A DNA stretch of 64,000 bases, taken from positions 62,001-126,000 of the forward strand of contig NIVC01001731.1 of the NCBI GenBank assembly GCA_002269645.1, given 5' to 3'. How positions within the stretch are numbered: position 1 is the stretch's first letter; each line of letters opens with the position of its first letter. Of the stretch, positions 13,690 through 27,800 are shown in pieces. This DNA is from Macrostomum lignano (Eukaryota). The notes beneath the pieces are model-generated. The model saw only the letters and a list, made by a program, of their open reading frames with translations. It was not told where the DNA came from and ran no database searches. A program made the translations under genes and the position numbers.

Positions 13690-14894
13690 TTTGGCTTCCA
13701 AATGTGCTCCAGTAAAATTTCATAGCCATATATTTTCCATGTGTTTTCAGTAGCTGATGGAAATATCAAAAGACAGCATTTGCTTCTATATCTTTATGTG
13801 CATGCAACTTGGTTGCAAAGTGACTGAGATTTACACCAATCTGGTGAATGTTTTAGCTGACTCTGCTCCATCATTTGACACAGTTGCCCGCTGGCTGCGC
13901 CATTTCTTGGAAGGCTGGGACAGCTTCAATGATGAACCGAGGTCTGGCAGACCCCAGACATCTGTGACAGAAGATGTCATGGCCCATGCTGAATACAATA
14001 ATTTGTGAGGATTGGAGCATTATGCTGAGATTCATTGCCTATGAGCTTGGTGTCAGCTATGGAAGTGCTCATAACATCATGCATGAGCAACTAGGCTGCA
14101 CAAAGACTTGCGCTCGATAGGTATCCCATCTTCTTACTCCGGAGCAGCAAGCAGAGAGGGTGCGCATCTGTCGCTTGTGGCTACAAATGTTTGAGCCCCA
14201 CGGCCCATGACAACTTTTGGATGTCATCACAGGAGACAAATGTTGGATCTCCTTCTTTTACCATGAAGGATAAGCAGTCCAACATGGTCTGGCTAGCAGA
14301 AGATGAGCCAAGGCCTGAGGTGCTGAAGACCAGATTCCGCAGTCGGAAGTGGATGTTCACCATTTTTTCAACTCTCAGGGTGTTGTAGCAGTGAAAATCC
14401 TTCCAGTGGGTGCCACAGTGACTGCCAGGTACTACACAGACACTGTTCTGCCAGGCGTGCTGCAGGAGCAACAGGAATGTGTGTGAACCAGGCATGGACC
14501 TCGACTCCTGCTGCATCATGACAATGTGGCACTGCATAGAGCGGCCTGAACTATGGAGTACCTGGAGCAGCAGGGGGTCCGGCTGCTGCCCCATCCACCT
14601 TACTCTCTAGACCTAGCACTGTGCAACTTTAGGCTGTTCCCGAAGATCGAATCCATCATTTCTGGGAGGCCGTTTTCACGCATGCAAGACCTTGCCCAAG
14701 CAGTACATTCAGCTCTACAGGGTATACCAACATTGGAGTACCATGACTGCTTTCAGACATGGTGCACACGCATGCGACGATGCATAGATAATGGTGGAAA
14801 GTACTTTGAGGGAATATGACACTGATTAGACACCTCGGCTGCTATAGCACTGAGTTGTGAAGTCAGTTGCAGAACTTTTTGATCACCCCTCATA
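13690..14894 (+). mobile_element. Decayed mariner (DD34D) DNA transposon; left end not found
   Basis: HTH region (FNDEPRSGRP), *VSHLL (WVPHLL with W to stop), VITGDK, LHHDN, and HPPYSLDLALCN with 34 residues between the second D and the position of the third. Several stops and frameshifts. The right terminus TTGCAGAACTTTTTGATCACCCCTCA followed by TA (about 14867-14894) looks like a mariner TIR. Confidence 0.9.
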
Positions 14895-16980
14895 TGTTGC
14901 GTAGGAAAATTCTACATTTATAGATACAAGTTTTATATTGGAGTTGGCAGCCATCTAAGAGGAAACACATTAAACCTAGCTAGTCCACTTAGCTTTAAAT
15001 ATAAAATACAAATAAATATATATTAAACAAAATGGCAATGTCCTAATTTATTGCATTAAATTATTTTTCAGTCTTTTTCAAACTTTCTAGCCAATTTGCT
15101 GACTCTGTAATGGCTAGAAGGCCTAGAGCACTGGCCACAATTGTCCCTGAAGCTGATATGAGACCAACCACAAAGCTTATTGATATTGACATCTACCTAT
15201 AGGAGCCACAGGTTTAATAAATATGTCTAGAAATCATGGGAGCCTATGGCAATGCCTATTTCTAGGAAAGGTCTTTGGAAACTTCTTTTATTAGGTAGCT
15301 CACTATTATTAATATTGTTAATGGATCTGACATTAATAATATGCCTACTACTTGGATTCTATCTGTTCTATATGAAAAAAACTAAAAAAGTAATGAAATA
15401 AACTAGGAGATTGCCAACAAAATCAACTATTTTAATTGCAAAAAAGACTTGTATAGTTAAATTCTTGATTGGGCTAATTTTTCAAAGCTTTTGATTAGTA
15501 GCCTAAGTTAATTAGGCCAAGCTTAGAATCAAAAATAAATTATTAAGACCTAGTTAATTGCTTTAGCCCCTTATTTCTAATATATTTTTGGCCTTAGGTA
15601 TACTTTATAAATACATCAAGCGCACAGAACAAAAATTGACAAAGAAACTTGAAGAAAGGTATGCCAAACCAAGGTGTACACTGTATTTTATACATCAAAT
15701 TCATAAAACAAGAAAATTTTGACCAAGAAAAGCACATAGAACAATAGATGTTTTTGCCAGAAAAGTGTGTTGAAAAGAAATGTTGCAATGGTAGCTCTAG
15801 TGAGAATGATAATTTACTAAAGCTGCCTTAGAGTTAAAGAAAAATAATGCATAGAATGCATTATTGATTATTTATTTTTGGGATGAACTTCATCCTAGGT
15901 GCTAAACAATAGATTTTTATGCTAGAAAACTAGAAAAGTATGCATTTTGTTGGATTTAAATGTTGCAATTGTAAAACTAGCACCAATATTATTTTAGTAA
16001 AGCTCCCGCAGGGCCAACAATGCATTCAGATATATTTCTGAATCTGAATTATTATAAAAATAATATTCAGATATAATCTAAATCTGAACTTTCAGATCTA
16101 ATCTTAGATCTACTCAGATCTAATTTTTCAGATTTAATAATCTGAAATATATTCAAATATGATAATATAGATGTATTTTATGTATTCAGACACCAAAACA
16201 AAATATATTCAAATAAAATTTAGTTTGACTGTTTTTTAAATTTATTGTCCTTTATAAGTTTATGGAAGTCCCATGACTGTCAAACGACCAAACATGTTTC
16301 CATATTGCACAATGTATAAAATATAGTATGAGATAATTTCGGCTTTATTTTTTAATATTTGTATACAGCAGGCAGCAGGCTTTATATAATATTTAGCAAT
16401 TCAAAAACAGTAGAATGATTTAGCAAAGAAAAAAAATGGTTGTCGCGCGAACTCTTAAAAACGTTTCTATTTATTTTAAAATTTATATTGCCGCCATACA
16501 CAAACATCGTGCTAAAAATACGAAATGATAGACAAAAAAATTTAACTAATGCTCAAAAACCAAGCGCAGTTCAAGAATGATTTTTACCAACCTTATTATT
16601 GCAAATGAGCATTATACGTACAGTTAAAATTAGTTTAAGGAAGGCAAAAATGTTTTGCTTTATGATAGCGTAGGCACATATACCATGTGGGTTACGATCA
16701 CAGAATAAAAATAATTGAACCCAGTTGCAGCAGTTTGAGAAATTTAAATTTCATCGGAATTTTGACCAAAGTGCATGTTATTACCATATACAGGTGTTTG
16801 CATCTTCAGTAATTTCTATGGTGCTATTGTTAAGGAATTGCATCTATATAATTTATATCTTCAAAAACAAAGACCACAGATGTGCATCCTAGGATTTGAT
16901 TACAATAAATGTACATAGCTTTGCATGGGAGCGTATGTAAAGGAAATGTAAAGGAATAAATATGTATGGAAACAACACAT

Positions 16981-17206
16981 TGTAGCGAGCAACTCTGGCT
17001 TGTTATTGCGAGTGTTAGTTAGCCACTCAAAAAGGTGGAGAAATATAGAATGTGGCTGTGCCTGTATATTTATTGTCTGGTCACAGATATCCGATTCATT
17101 GAGTGCGCGTTGGGATGTGCTCGAGCAGATGGAAGTGGATAGGCTGGGTGGGGGTCACGGAGTGCAAACTAGGTGCCCGAACTGCCTGCCTGCGCATCTA
17201 GCTACA
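16981..17206 (-). repeat. 3' LTR of the Gypsy element
   Basis: Direct repeat of 20450-20676; differs by 8 substitutions and 2 small indels. Confidence 0.95.
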
Positions 17207-20200
17207 TCCCTCGTCTGGTGGATTGGAACCCGGGGTGGGGTTGGGTTACAACATTGGGTTCATGTTACGCGCGATCGAGCACTCAGTGTCAGTCATTAGA
17301 GTCAATGATCAGTCCTTGCTGCTGTTCCGCCAGCTGTCAGATGTCCGGAGCCTTTCGCCGGTCGCCCTCTTCGTAGCGTTTCGGTGTCTTCTTGGCCTGT
17401 CGGGGGTGCGGCCTGTTGCGCCTGTTGGCCTGGTTGACGGTTGGCTCGGCAGGCCGGTTGGTTCATCCGGCCGGCTGTTCTGTCCGCTGTCGCGTTCCCC
17501 GGGGCCACTCGGCCACTCGTCGTCGGCTACCTGGGAGACTCATCAACGGGACGGTTGTGGCGCAACCTGGGATCGTGTCGTTGAGCTGTCGGCCGAATAG
17601 CAGGTCGGCTGGGGCCATGCCGGTTGATGCGTGCGGTGTTCGCCGGTATGCGGCCAGTTAGTCGTCCAGTGCCACCTGCCAGTCGCTGCCTTCCAGGATC
17701 GCCGCTCTGATTGCCTTATTGAGGCTTCGGTTGCATTGCTCTACGAGTCCGTTGGCTTTCGGATGTAACGACGTAGTCCGATGGTGGTGGACGCCCTGGC
17801 TGCGCAAGAAGGCGTTGAGTTATGCGGACGAGAATGGCGGGTGAGAATGGCGATGAGAATGCTGAACCACTGGCGGAGGGTTCGGATGACCGGAGCTGCC
17901 GCTGTCGACCCCGACATCGTACTGTACCAGTGGGAAACGTGAAAAGTAGTCGGTGCACACCAGCAGCATGTGACCTCTGATGGGTCCCAGGAAGTCCAGG
18001 CCCAGCTCTAGCCACGGCCCCCGCGGCAGCTCAGTCGGCTGGAGTCGGGGTGTCTTCAGTTCTGCTGTGTTCGTGCAGGCCTTGCAGCTGAGGCAGGAGT
18101 TTACAAAGTTCTCGACGGAGGCCCGCATTGAGGGCCACCAGACCTTTGTCCGGAGGCGTGCCAATGTTTTCTGGACACCCAGGTGGCCTTGGTGCGCCAG
18201 CTGCAGGCAGTGGTAGCGCAGAATGGCGGGAACGACGATTTGGTGCCCTTTGAGCAGGAGTCCGTCGTGTTGTGAGAGCTCGTGCCGCAAGCCGTGCAGG
18301 CTGCGCGTGTCGTGGCTATCGAGTTCCCACCGATGGGACCGGAGCCTGGATATGGCGGCTTGGATCGCCTTGTCGCCTGCGGCGGCAACCTTGATCGTGT
18401 CGAGGCTGATGCTGTTCGGCGCTGCTGCCTGTGCTGTCATTGCGATGTAGGCCGTGTCGAGGTCCTCGCCCTCGTTGTTCGACGGTGTTGGACGTGGCTG
18501 GCGGCTCAGGACATCTGCCGGGTTGTCTGCGCCCAGCTGGTAGGTGACTTCGAAGTGGAGATCCTGCAGCCGAAGTGCCATGCGCTCGATCCGCGGCGGG
18601 GGCCGCGAGCCGGGGCTGAGCAGGCTGACCAGCGGCTTGTGGTCGGTGATGACCTTGAACTTTGGGCAGCCGCTAAGGTAGTGGTGGAACTTGAGGCAGC
18701 CGAATTTGACGGCCAGCGCCTAGCTCCCTCTCTGTCTGAGAGTAGCGCTGCTCGGTGTCACTGAGGCTGCGGCTGGCATAGGCGATTGGCTTGGTGAGGC
18801 CGCCAGGTTGCACCTGGGCGAGGATCGCCCCGAGGCCGGTCGGGCTGGCGTCGACGATCAACCTAGTCTCGCAGTTCTTGTTGAAGAAGGCAAGCGTCGT
18901 GCTGTGAGCGATCGACTGCTTGATTGACTGAAAGGCTGAGGCTTGCTGTGGGCCCCACGACCATTTCACGCTCTTCTTGGTCAGCTCTCGAAGTTGCCTC
19001 GCTTTGTCGGCGAGGTTTGGGATGAAGCGGGCTACGAATGTGACGAGCCCGATCAAGGACCGCACCTCCGGTTGCATTTTCTGGTCGCTTGAAGTTGGCC
19101 ACAGCCTCCAGCTTTTCCTCGGTCGGTTGGATTCCGGCCGCCGAGAGGCGCATGGCCAGGAAGTCGGCCTGCTGGGTTGCAATGCGGCATTTGCGGGGGT
19201 TCAGAGCACGTTGTGTTGGCGCAGCCTGTCGAGGCAGTTGCGCAGCCTCTCGTTGTGCTCCTTTATGGTGCTGGCGAAGATAATGATGTCGTCGTGGACC
19301 CACCGCACGCCTCTCAAACCGCTCAGGATAGATGTCATGACGCGCTGTAGGATTTCCGATGCTGAGGTAAATCCCATGCAAAGGCGCTTGAGGCGGAGCA
19401 GGCCCAGAGGCGTTGAGAAAGTGAGCAGCTGCCGGGAATCCTCGCTAACCTCGATCTGGTGGAAGGCCTTGGCAACGTCTAGTTCGGAGAAATGGAGCCG
19501 GCCATCTCGTCGGTGACTTCTTCAAATGTCAGTATTGGCTGTTTTTCTGGGATGACGTACTTATTGACGTCCCTCACTCAGGTCCTGCGTGATGCGGATC
19601 TCGCCTGGCGAGGCCTTTGGAACGACCACCATGCGTGAACTCCAAGCGCTGAGCCCCATCACTCTGGTTCCTCTGGCTCAGGCTCTGCCATGTTGATGCG
19701 TGCGCGGCCGCTTAAGCACGCCTTCGCCAGGTGGTGCAGCTTGCCGCAGTTGCTGCAGCGCTTGCCTCTCCGCACCTCAGGCATTTGTCGGCCGGGCTGG
19801 CTGGCGGGCGCCTTGCGGGGCGCTTGTCGCGAGCCGCATGCACTTCTTCAGCTGGTCCGGCTGCCTAGCGCTCCATGATTGCTGGCTGGCTGCTTCGTTT
19901 GTTCTCGCCAGCTGTAGGGCCTCGGGGGGGGGGGCTGATGTTGGGCACGTTGAGCAGCCGCTTTCGGATGGATTCGCTGCGGCAGCAGCTGCGACGATCT
20001 GGTCGCGGATGCGGGACTGACGCAGCCCGCCGAACTGGCAGGCCTCAGCCGCGTTGCACAGTCGATTGTGCCAGCTGTTGATGGCTTCCCGTCCAGCTGC
20101 GTGCACTGGCGGATTGGCACCGGGTGAACACCACATTGTCGCGTCCTTGAAAGTGCTGAGTTAGCGCCGTTATGAGTGAGTCGAGCGTTTGCTGCTCCGG

Positions 20201-20449
20201 CTGATCAGTGGCGGGACGCGACTCTGAGATCTTTTTAAAGATGTCTGCAACCTCTTTTCCCGCGGTGTACAGGAGGATTTCCTGCTTCTGGGCGTCGTCC
20301 GAGATTCCTGATGCTGTCAGGAATATCGCTTTAGTGTGGTGACCCACTCTGTCCAGCGCTTGCTGACGGTTGGGGGTCCGCACTGATGCTGAATGCGGAT
20401 GGCGGCTGTAGCTGTAGTAGCGCCATTGGGTTCTGGCTTACAACGCCAA

Positions 20450-20676
20450 TGTAGCGAGCAACTCTGGCTGCATGGTTATTGCGAGTGTTAGTTAGCCACT
20501 CAAAAAGGTGGAGAAATATAGAATGTGGCTGTGCCTGTATATTTATTGTCTGGTCACAGATTTCCGGTTCATTGAGTGCGCGTTAGTATGTGCTCGAGCC
20601 GAGGGAAGTGGATATGCTGGGTGGGGGTCACGAAGTGCAAACTAGGTGCCCGAACTGCCTGCCTGCGCATGCTACA
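20450..20676 (-). repeat. 5' LTR of the Gypsy element
   Basis: Direct repeat of 16981-17206, adjacent to the PBS-like sequence. Confidence 0.95.
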
Positions 20677-23099
20677 CCATGACGGATTCAATCCAAAAAG
20701 CAAACGGCTGTTAAGTTTAAAGCTGTTCGGCACTAAAAGAAAACTACTGAGACAGCAGGCTAATTTAGACTGTGTGAAAAATTCTTCTTCAACTCCTTCG
20801 ATCCTTTCTTTTCATGTTTGTATGTACAAGCGCGGGTCTACAATTGTCTAACCAACTTTCCTAGCTCAAAGTACCACAGTGGTCCTTACAATTTCCTCCT
20901 TAAATTATTTCGCATTAAGATTTAATTATTACCCGCCTTGACCAAATTGTTTGATTAAAAAATTAATTTGCTCGTTTTTATGGTGTATTAAGATTTGTTT
21001 GCAAATAATATGTTCGGAGCATATAAAAACTGCTACATCTGCAATAATCCCTGGAAATCCTGAAATCACTGTCAGACATCCTCAGATCCAAAACCCAAAA
21101 CTCAACATGAGCTTTAAGCTGTTCAATTATCTAGTAAAAAAAGGACCACTATAGTAAAGGTAATGTTGCACATTGAAGATGCCTGTTTGAAACACCGTAA
21201 ACTTCAAAAAAACAACAAAACATAGCTACTGTTTTCAAATTTACGTAAAAACTAAATAAAGTAAGTTTAATTTAACAGTAATAATATAGTAAAAAAAGCT
21301 TTTATACAATAATAAACATTTACTTCTTATACACATTTTCAGCAAATTCGCGGAAGTTTACTGAGCTGACCCTGCCCGTTGTGAGTCCCTCACTCTGACA
21401 TAATGGTTTAGCTGTCTTACTAATTTTAATTCCTGCTCTTGAAGATTTCGTGTTGTGCTACTTACGTCAACTATGATCTGTGCATTAATTTTGAATGGAT
21501 CCACTTTTAATATACTTAAACTAATGCTTTAATAATATTAAGGCAGGCGGGACCAAACAGGGTATAACTCACACTTCTACAGGTTAATCTGCATGAATGA
21601 AAAAAATTGTAGGCCTACCTGGGGTATGCGCCTGAACTTCAAAAATAAAAAATCGTACTCCATAAACAAAAAATAAATTATCTAATGTTTATGTTGAAAA
21701 TTAAATGAATTCACCCACAGGCACAGGCCAAAGCCAAGGTCAAAGCCTCAAACTCAAAGCCCTCTAAGGCAAATTCTTACCTTTTAAATTTTGTCCAAAC
21801 TAATTCCAATGACTATGCTATGTACTTTTAAATTTTCTTTCAGCCACCATATAACTAGGCTCAACTAGTCATATGGTGTAGGCCCTTACTATATATATAG
21901 TATACTTTTGTGTTTAGTGATCTTGTCTACCATTTTTTTGTTTGCTAATAGATAAAACAACATTTTATAATATAGTGACCTAACTTTTTACAGCATAATA
22001 TAATAGACAACAACTTTTTGCCAAATAAATAAGATCTAGGTCAGAACTAGCTATATAGAATAGGATAAACTTAGGAACTGGTTAGGGTCTACTTTATTAA
22101 TAATAGTCAATTCAATGACATTCATTTTAGTGACAGGTTATTCCAGTGCCAAATGTGTATAGGCATTATGTTGTGTTTGTTTAAAAACTTTTATTTGTGT
22201 TTGTTAAATTTTAAAATTGTTTACATATTAGGCCTAATAAAACTGACTTAAAATTGTATACAAATATAAATCATCAGCTTTTTTTTGTTTTTTTTTTGTC
22301 TGAATTTCATTGGTAGAGCATCCAAAAAAGACTTGGCCAACTCCTGAATATAGACTATATACATGCAGTATTATATTAGACTGCCTAAGACGTTGTATAC
22401 AAGAATTTCTCCCAAAAATAGCATCTTTGAAGTATAGGTGACAAAGTAAATTTATAATTATAATACAATACAAGTGTATTTAGATTGATAAAACTCATTG
22501 AAAAAACATAGACAAAAGAATTATAGTTACTTTGGTAATAGTATAAAGTTTATATTGATAAAATACTTTAAATTTTCCAATTTTTACTTATTAAAGTTTA
22601 TGCTAATAAAGTACATCAGATTTTCTGATTTTTTTGAAATTTTCATCAGATACTTGATGGGAAGAATGCCCAAAATAATAAAAAGCAAAAAATCACAAAA
22701 AAACTATATTCAATGGTGATGCAACCTAGGTATATTAATCTTTTGGTGTCAATTAATTCAATAAATTTTTTTTCAATGAATTTTATATTTTAATAAAAAT
22801 AAACAATTTTGAAATAAAAACTGAAGTTAATGTGTTTTATGAATATAAAATTAATAAATCACAAGTAATATTAACAGTTATTAAATTATAGTATACAGTG
22901 TATAAAAATGACTGCATCAAATTTGATATTGAGTTTTGTTACAATGTAAAATAATTGCCATATCATGGTTTCCTCTTTTTTAAATTTGGCACATCCATGA
23001 TGCACTGCTTGTCTCCTACATTCTAATGTTGCTACCTTTGCCATTGTGTTCTATGTTTACACCTCTTGCCAAATGATTTATTGATATAAGTAATCAATC

Positions 23100-23560
23100 A
23101 TACAATAAAATGTCTGTAATATTCAAGTTTGCATTGATAAAATCAATCTCCATGAAGACTCCCCCTTTAAACCCCCCCCCCATCCTTTTCCATGCACTGG
23201 TAGATGGTCATTGACCTTATTGGTAAGGTCCACCCCTTTTCCTTTAAGTCTAGAATTTATCAACACCTTTGTGAATAGGTCTCTAGTCCTCTATTCAAGT
23301 TTATGTCAATAAAATCAACCCCCATCAAGGATCCCCACCCTAAAACCCCCCATTCCTCATGCTTCAGTATTTGGTCATTGACCTTTTAATAGGCCCTAGG
23401 GTCTACCCATCTCCCCCAAGTCTGAAATTTATCAACACCATCTTGAATAGGTCTCTATGCCTTTATTCAAGTTTATGTTGATAAAATCAACCCGATGAAG
23501 AATTCCCCACCCTAAAACCCCTATTCCCCATGCCCAAGTAGTTGGTTTTAAGCTACATAT
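23100..23560. repeat. Degenerate 172-bp tandem repeat, about 2.6 copies
   Basis: ATTCAAGTTT recurs at 23121, 23293 and 23465 with similar intervening sequence. Confidence 0.85.
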
Positions 23561-24805
23561 AGTTAGGTTGAAGCTACCAAAAAATGAAGCTCAAATTTGA
23601 AATCAGCACTATCAAAAACCTCTAAAGAGACTTAATTATGATCCTTTCAAAATTGCAACTAATTTATCAATATAAACTTAAAGAAGTCCTAGTTTGGTAA
23701 CAGGTTAGGCCCTACTTTGGTGCCAAATATGTGTATGTCATAGTCAGGAAGAAGGTATGTACATTAGAAATTTCCAGGGTATACTCAAGAAATTGGGTAT
23801 ATATGTTGGAGTACAAAAAGTGATTTTGGGCTTTTAGTGTACATGTTTAGTATTTTGGTATATAACAAATACCAAAAATAAAAAAATGTATATTATTAAT
23901 AAGTCACAATAGTTGCCCATGCATATATAATGCTTATATAATAAAATTTTATAACTATTTAATGCAAAACAGACTTTTATATTTTTTACAAGATTTTGTT
24001 TTTGTTTGTTATATATGTGAAAGATTATAGGAGTATAATCTTTTTTTAAGTTTTTCAAGTTTGTCTAATTGAAATTAAATATCAAAATCACTCATCTAGT
24101 GGTAACATTTCAAAAATGACAATTTGGAGCTTTGTGTAAGGTAAATGCATTCAGCATACATAAAATTTGGTTATCTTTTTTTGTGGGGTATATAGTGTTC
24201 CAGACTATGGTATATATAGAGCATTCACTTCATTATCCATTATTCATACATTTTTATGAGTTTTTGTTTTTTTTATAAAGGTGACTAGAAACACATGCAA
24301 TTTTCCTTGTACACTCAAGAACATCATCAAGTTCTCTAATATGTATTTCAAAGTAGATTGCACAGAGTTTTTATTGCATCCATTGCATGAATTAAATGCT
24401 AATTGCATGTACATATATCAGGTAAGCTGTGTATAGAATATAACATTGAGATCAATTCTCAGTTAACAATTTAAAATGTATTTAGAATATAATGTTAAGA
24501 TAAAATCTGAGTATTTTGACCTAGGATCCCAAACTGGCACCCAGTTTTTTTTTCAGGCTGAATTCCATTTCCTTTTAAGCATCAGTTCCAAATGCTTTAT
24601 TACTGTGAGCCAGAGGCTCAGCAGTGCAAAGGGTATCTAGTAGGCTACAGCCCCCAATTGATAGAGACATTGGTATTTTTCAGCCGATGCCATCTGGCAT
24701 CCAAGGTTTTTGAATGGCACTGTGATTGTGTCGCCTGATAAAAATTCCATAATATGCATTGTCTCCACCCTTTGCAGCTCTAAAGCATTAATCCAAGCTG
24801 CAAAA

Positions 24806-27800
24806 ATGACTATGCAAAGTCGCACCTCAACAATAACATCGACCACTACCAGCGGTCACCTTAAATGGGACCCCAAAAATCTCGAAATTCGTACTAAAAG
24901 CGTCGAACGAACCCTCGAACCGTTGGTTACCCAGGTGACTACGCTAATTAATTTTCGCGCCCCTAGCAACCGGCGCAAAGGCCGGTCCAAGCGGGCCATG
25001 GTGCTGGTGGCGGCGGTGCAGCAGGCCACGGAGGACTTCATTCGCAAGGGCCAGGAGATTGCCGACGAGAATCCGGACGTCCGGGCTGAAATGCTCACCG
25101 CTATTGAAGATGTTCGCCGAACTGGCGACGACATGTACGCCGCCTCGAGCGAGTTCGCCGGAGAGCCCTGCTCGGCTAGCCGACGGGCCACTATGGTTCG
25201 AGCGGCTCGAGCCCTGCTCAGTGCGGTCACGAGACTGCTCATTCTGGCCGATATGGTCGATGTGTACCTGCTGCTGCGCAGTCTGAGGATTGTGAGTTCA
25301 CCAATTCGGTTATTTTAGTTCACTAAAACAATTTACACTGAGCTGTTGAAGACTAGTGGTCCAAACTATGCTGTGTTGTTGAGGACCAGAGGCCCAAACT
25401 ATAACGTGGGGTTGTTGAGGACCGGCGGCCCAAATTATTACACGGGGTTGTCGAGGACCGGCGGCATAAACTAAGGTTGGGTTGTTGAGGATTGGCGGCC
25501 TAAACAAGTCTGTTGTTGAGGACCGGCGGCGGCCCAAACTAAATTACATTGGGTTGTTGAGGACCGGCGGCGGCCCAAACTAAATTACATTGGGTTGTTG
25601 AGGACCGGCGGCATAAACTAAGTTTGGGTTGTTGATGACGGACGGCCTAAACAAGTCTGTTGTTGAGGACCGGCGGCCAAAACTAGACTGGCTGTTGAGG
25701 ACCAGCGGCCCAAACTAGACTGGGTTGTTTAGAACCAACGGAATTGTTTATTTACTTGCTTATTTATTTACCAAGCAGTCGCTTATCTTCAAATTATCTC
25801 ACAGGTGGAGACGGACCTGGAGCACCTACGCGAGACATCTAACCAGAGCGACCTGACTCGCTGCTTCGAGAGCTACGGCGATCACACTGTCGAATTGAAC
25901 GAACGCGCCTGTCGCCGTCAGGTTGATCTGATTGATCCGCGCCGTCGCGACGAGATCGCCGCCGCCAGGGCCACCCTGATGCGCATCAATCCCATGCTGC
26001 TGACCGCTTCTAAGGTTTGTTGATTGCTCTGTTATTGGCCTGTGGGATCTGATATTGAAGCTATGGGATCTGATATTGATGCTTTGGGATCTGATATTGA
26101 TGCTTTGGGATCTGATATTGATGGTATGGGATCTAATATTGATGGTATGGGATCTGATATTGATGGTATGGGATCTGATATTGATGGTATGGGATCTGAT
26201 ATTGATGCTATGGGATCTGATATTGATGCTATGGGATCTGATATTGATGGTATGGGATCTGATATTGATGGTATGGGATCTGATATTGATGCTATGGGAT
26301 CTGATATTGATGCCATGGGATCTGATATTGATGCTATGGGATCTGATATTGATGGTATGGGATCTGATATTGATGGTATGGGATCTGATATTGATGCTAT
26401 GGGATCTGATATTGATGCCATGGGATCTGATCTTTAAAATTAATTTTTAGATATCATCACTAATAGTTCTGATCTTTAGCCCCACGCCTTCACTGCAGGT
26501 GTACATCCGCCACCCGGATCTTGGCTCGGCCGTTGAGAATCGCGACTTCGCTTTCCAACAGGTGGCCGACGCAATCAACATAATTAGCGGGGCCACCCAG
26601 GCCACTGGCAGTTCGGAGCCGCTCGAGTACGAGGGACCTGGCGAGCTGGCAGCCGCGTTGGAGGAATTCGAGAAAAAGGTTTGATTGAGTTTAATTCGAG
26701 ATCTGAGATTGGGGTTTATGGGGATGAGATTGGGGTTTATGGGGATGAGATTGGGGTTTTTAGGGATCTGAGCTTGAGGTTTATGGGGATGAGATTGGGG
26801 TTTTTAGGGATCTGAGATTGGGGTTTATGGGGATCTGAGATTGGGGTTTATGGGGATGAGATTGGGGTTTTTAGGGATCTGAGATTGGGGTTTATGGGGA
26901 TCTGAGATTGGGGTTTATGGGGATCTGAGATTGGGGTTTTTAGGGATGTGAGATTGGGGTTTATGGGGATCTGAGATTGGGGTTTATGGGGATGAGATTG
27001 GGGTTTTTAGGGATCTGAGCTTGAGGTTTATGGGGATCTGAGATTGGGGTTTTTAGGGATCTGAGCTTGGGGTTTATGGGGATCTGAGATTGGGGTTTTT
27101 AGGGATGTGAGATTGGGGTTTTTAGGGATGTGAGATTGGGGTTTATGGGGATCTGAGATTGGGGTTTTTAGGGATGTGAGATTGGGGTTTATGGGGATCT
27201 GAGATTGGGGTTTATGGGGATCTGAGATTGGGGTTTTTAGGGATCTGAGATTGGGGTTTTTAGGGATCTGAGATTGGGGTTTATGGGGATCTGAGATTGG
27301 GGTTTTTAGGGATGTGAGATTGGGGTTTTTAGGGATGTGAGATTGGGGTTTATGGGGATCTGAGATTGGGGTTTTTAGGGATGTGAGATTGGGGTTTATG
27401 GGGATCTGAGATTGGGGTTTATGGGGATCTGAGATTGGGGTTTATGGGGATCTGAGATTGGGGTTTTTAGGGATGTGAGATTGGGGTTTATGGGGATCTG
27501 AGATTGGGGTTTATGGGGATCTGAGATTGGGGTTAATGGGGATCTGAGATTGGGGTTTTTAGGGATCTGAGATTGGGGTTTATGGGGATCTGAGATTGGG
27601 GTTAATGGGGATCTGAGATTGGGGTTTATGAGGATCTGATATTGGGGTACGGGGATCTGAGCTTGAAATTGAGATTACTAGGAATCTGAGGTTAGGAATA
27701 ATGAGGATCTGGGCTTGAGATATGATTATATGAATAATTGGAAATCTGAGCTTGGAGTTAATGGGAGTGAGCAGCAGATTATTGAAGACCTGAGCATTAG

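Larger units (their letters stand above)
16981..20676 (-). mobile_element. Ty3/Gypsy LTR retrotransposon (Mag-like gag), internally deleted and frameshifted
   Basis: Two about 226-bp LTRs bounded by TGTAGC...GCTACA. PBS-like TGGCGTTGTAAGC follows the 5' LTR and PPT-like AGACGAGGGA precedes the 3' LTR. Domain order is gag (CSNCGKLHHLAKAC knuckle), RT (WVHDDIIIF), RNase H (IVDASPTGLGAIL), integrase (HLGV...CLSC; LDFLGP). No protease seen. Flanks ACAT/CCAT may be a 4-bp TSD with one mismatch. Confidence 0.95.
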
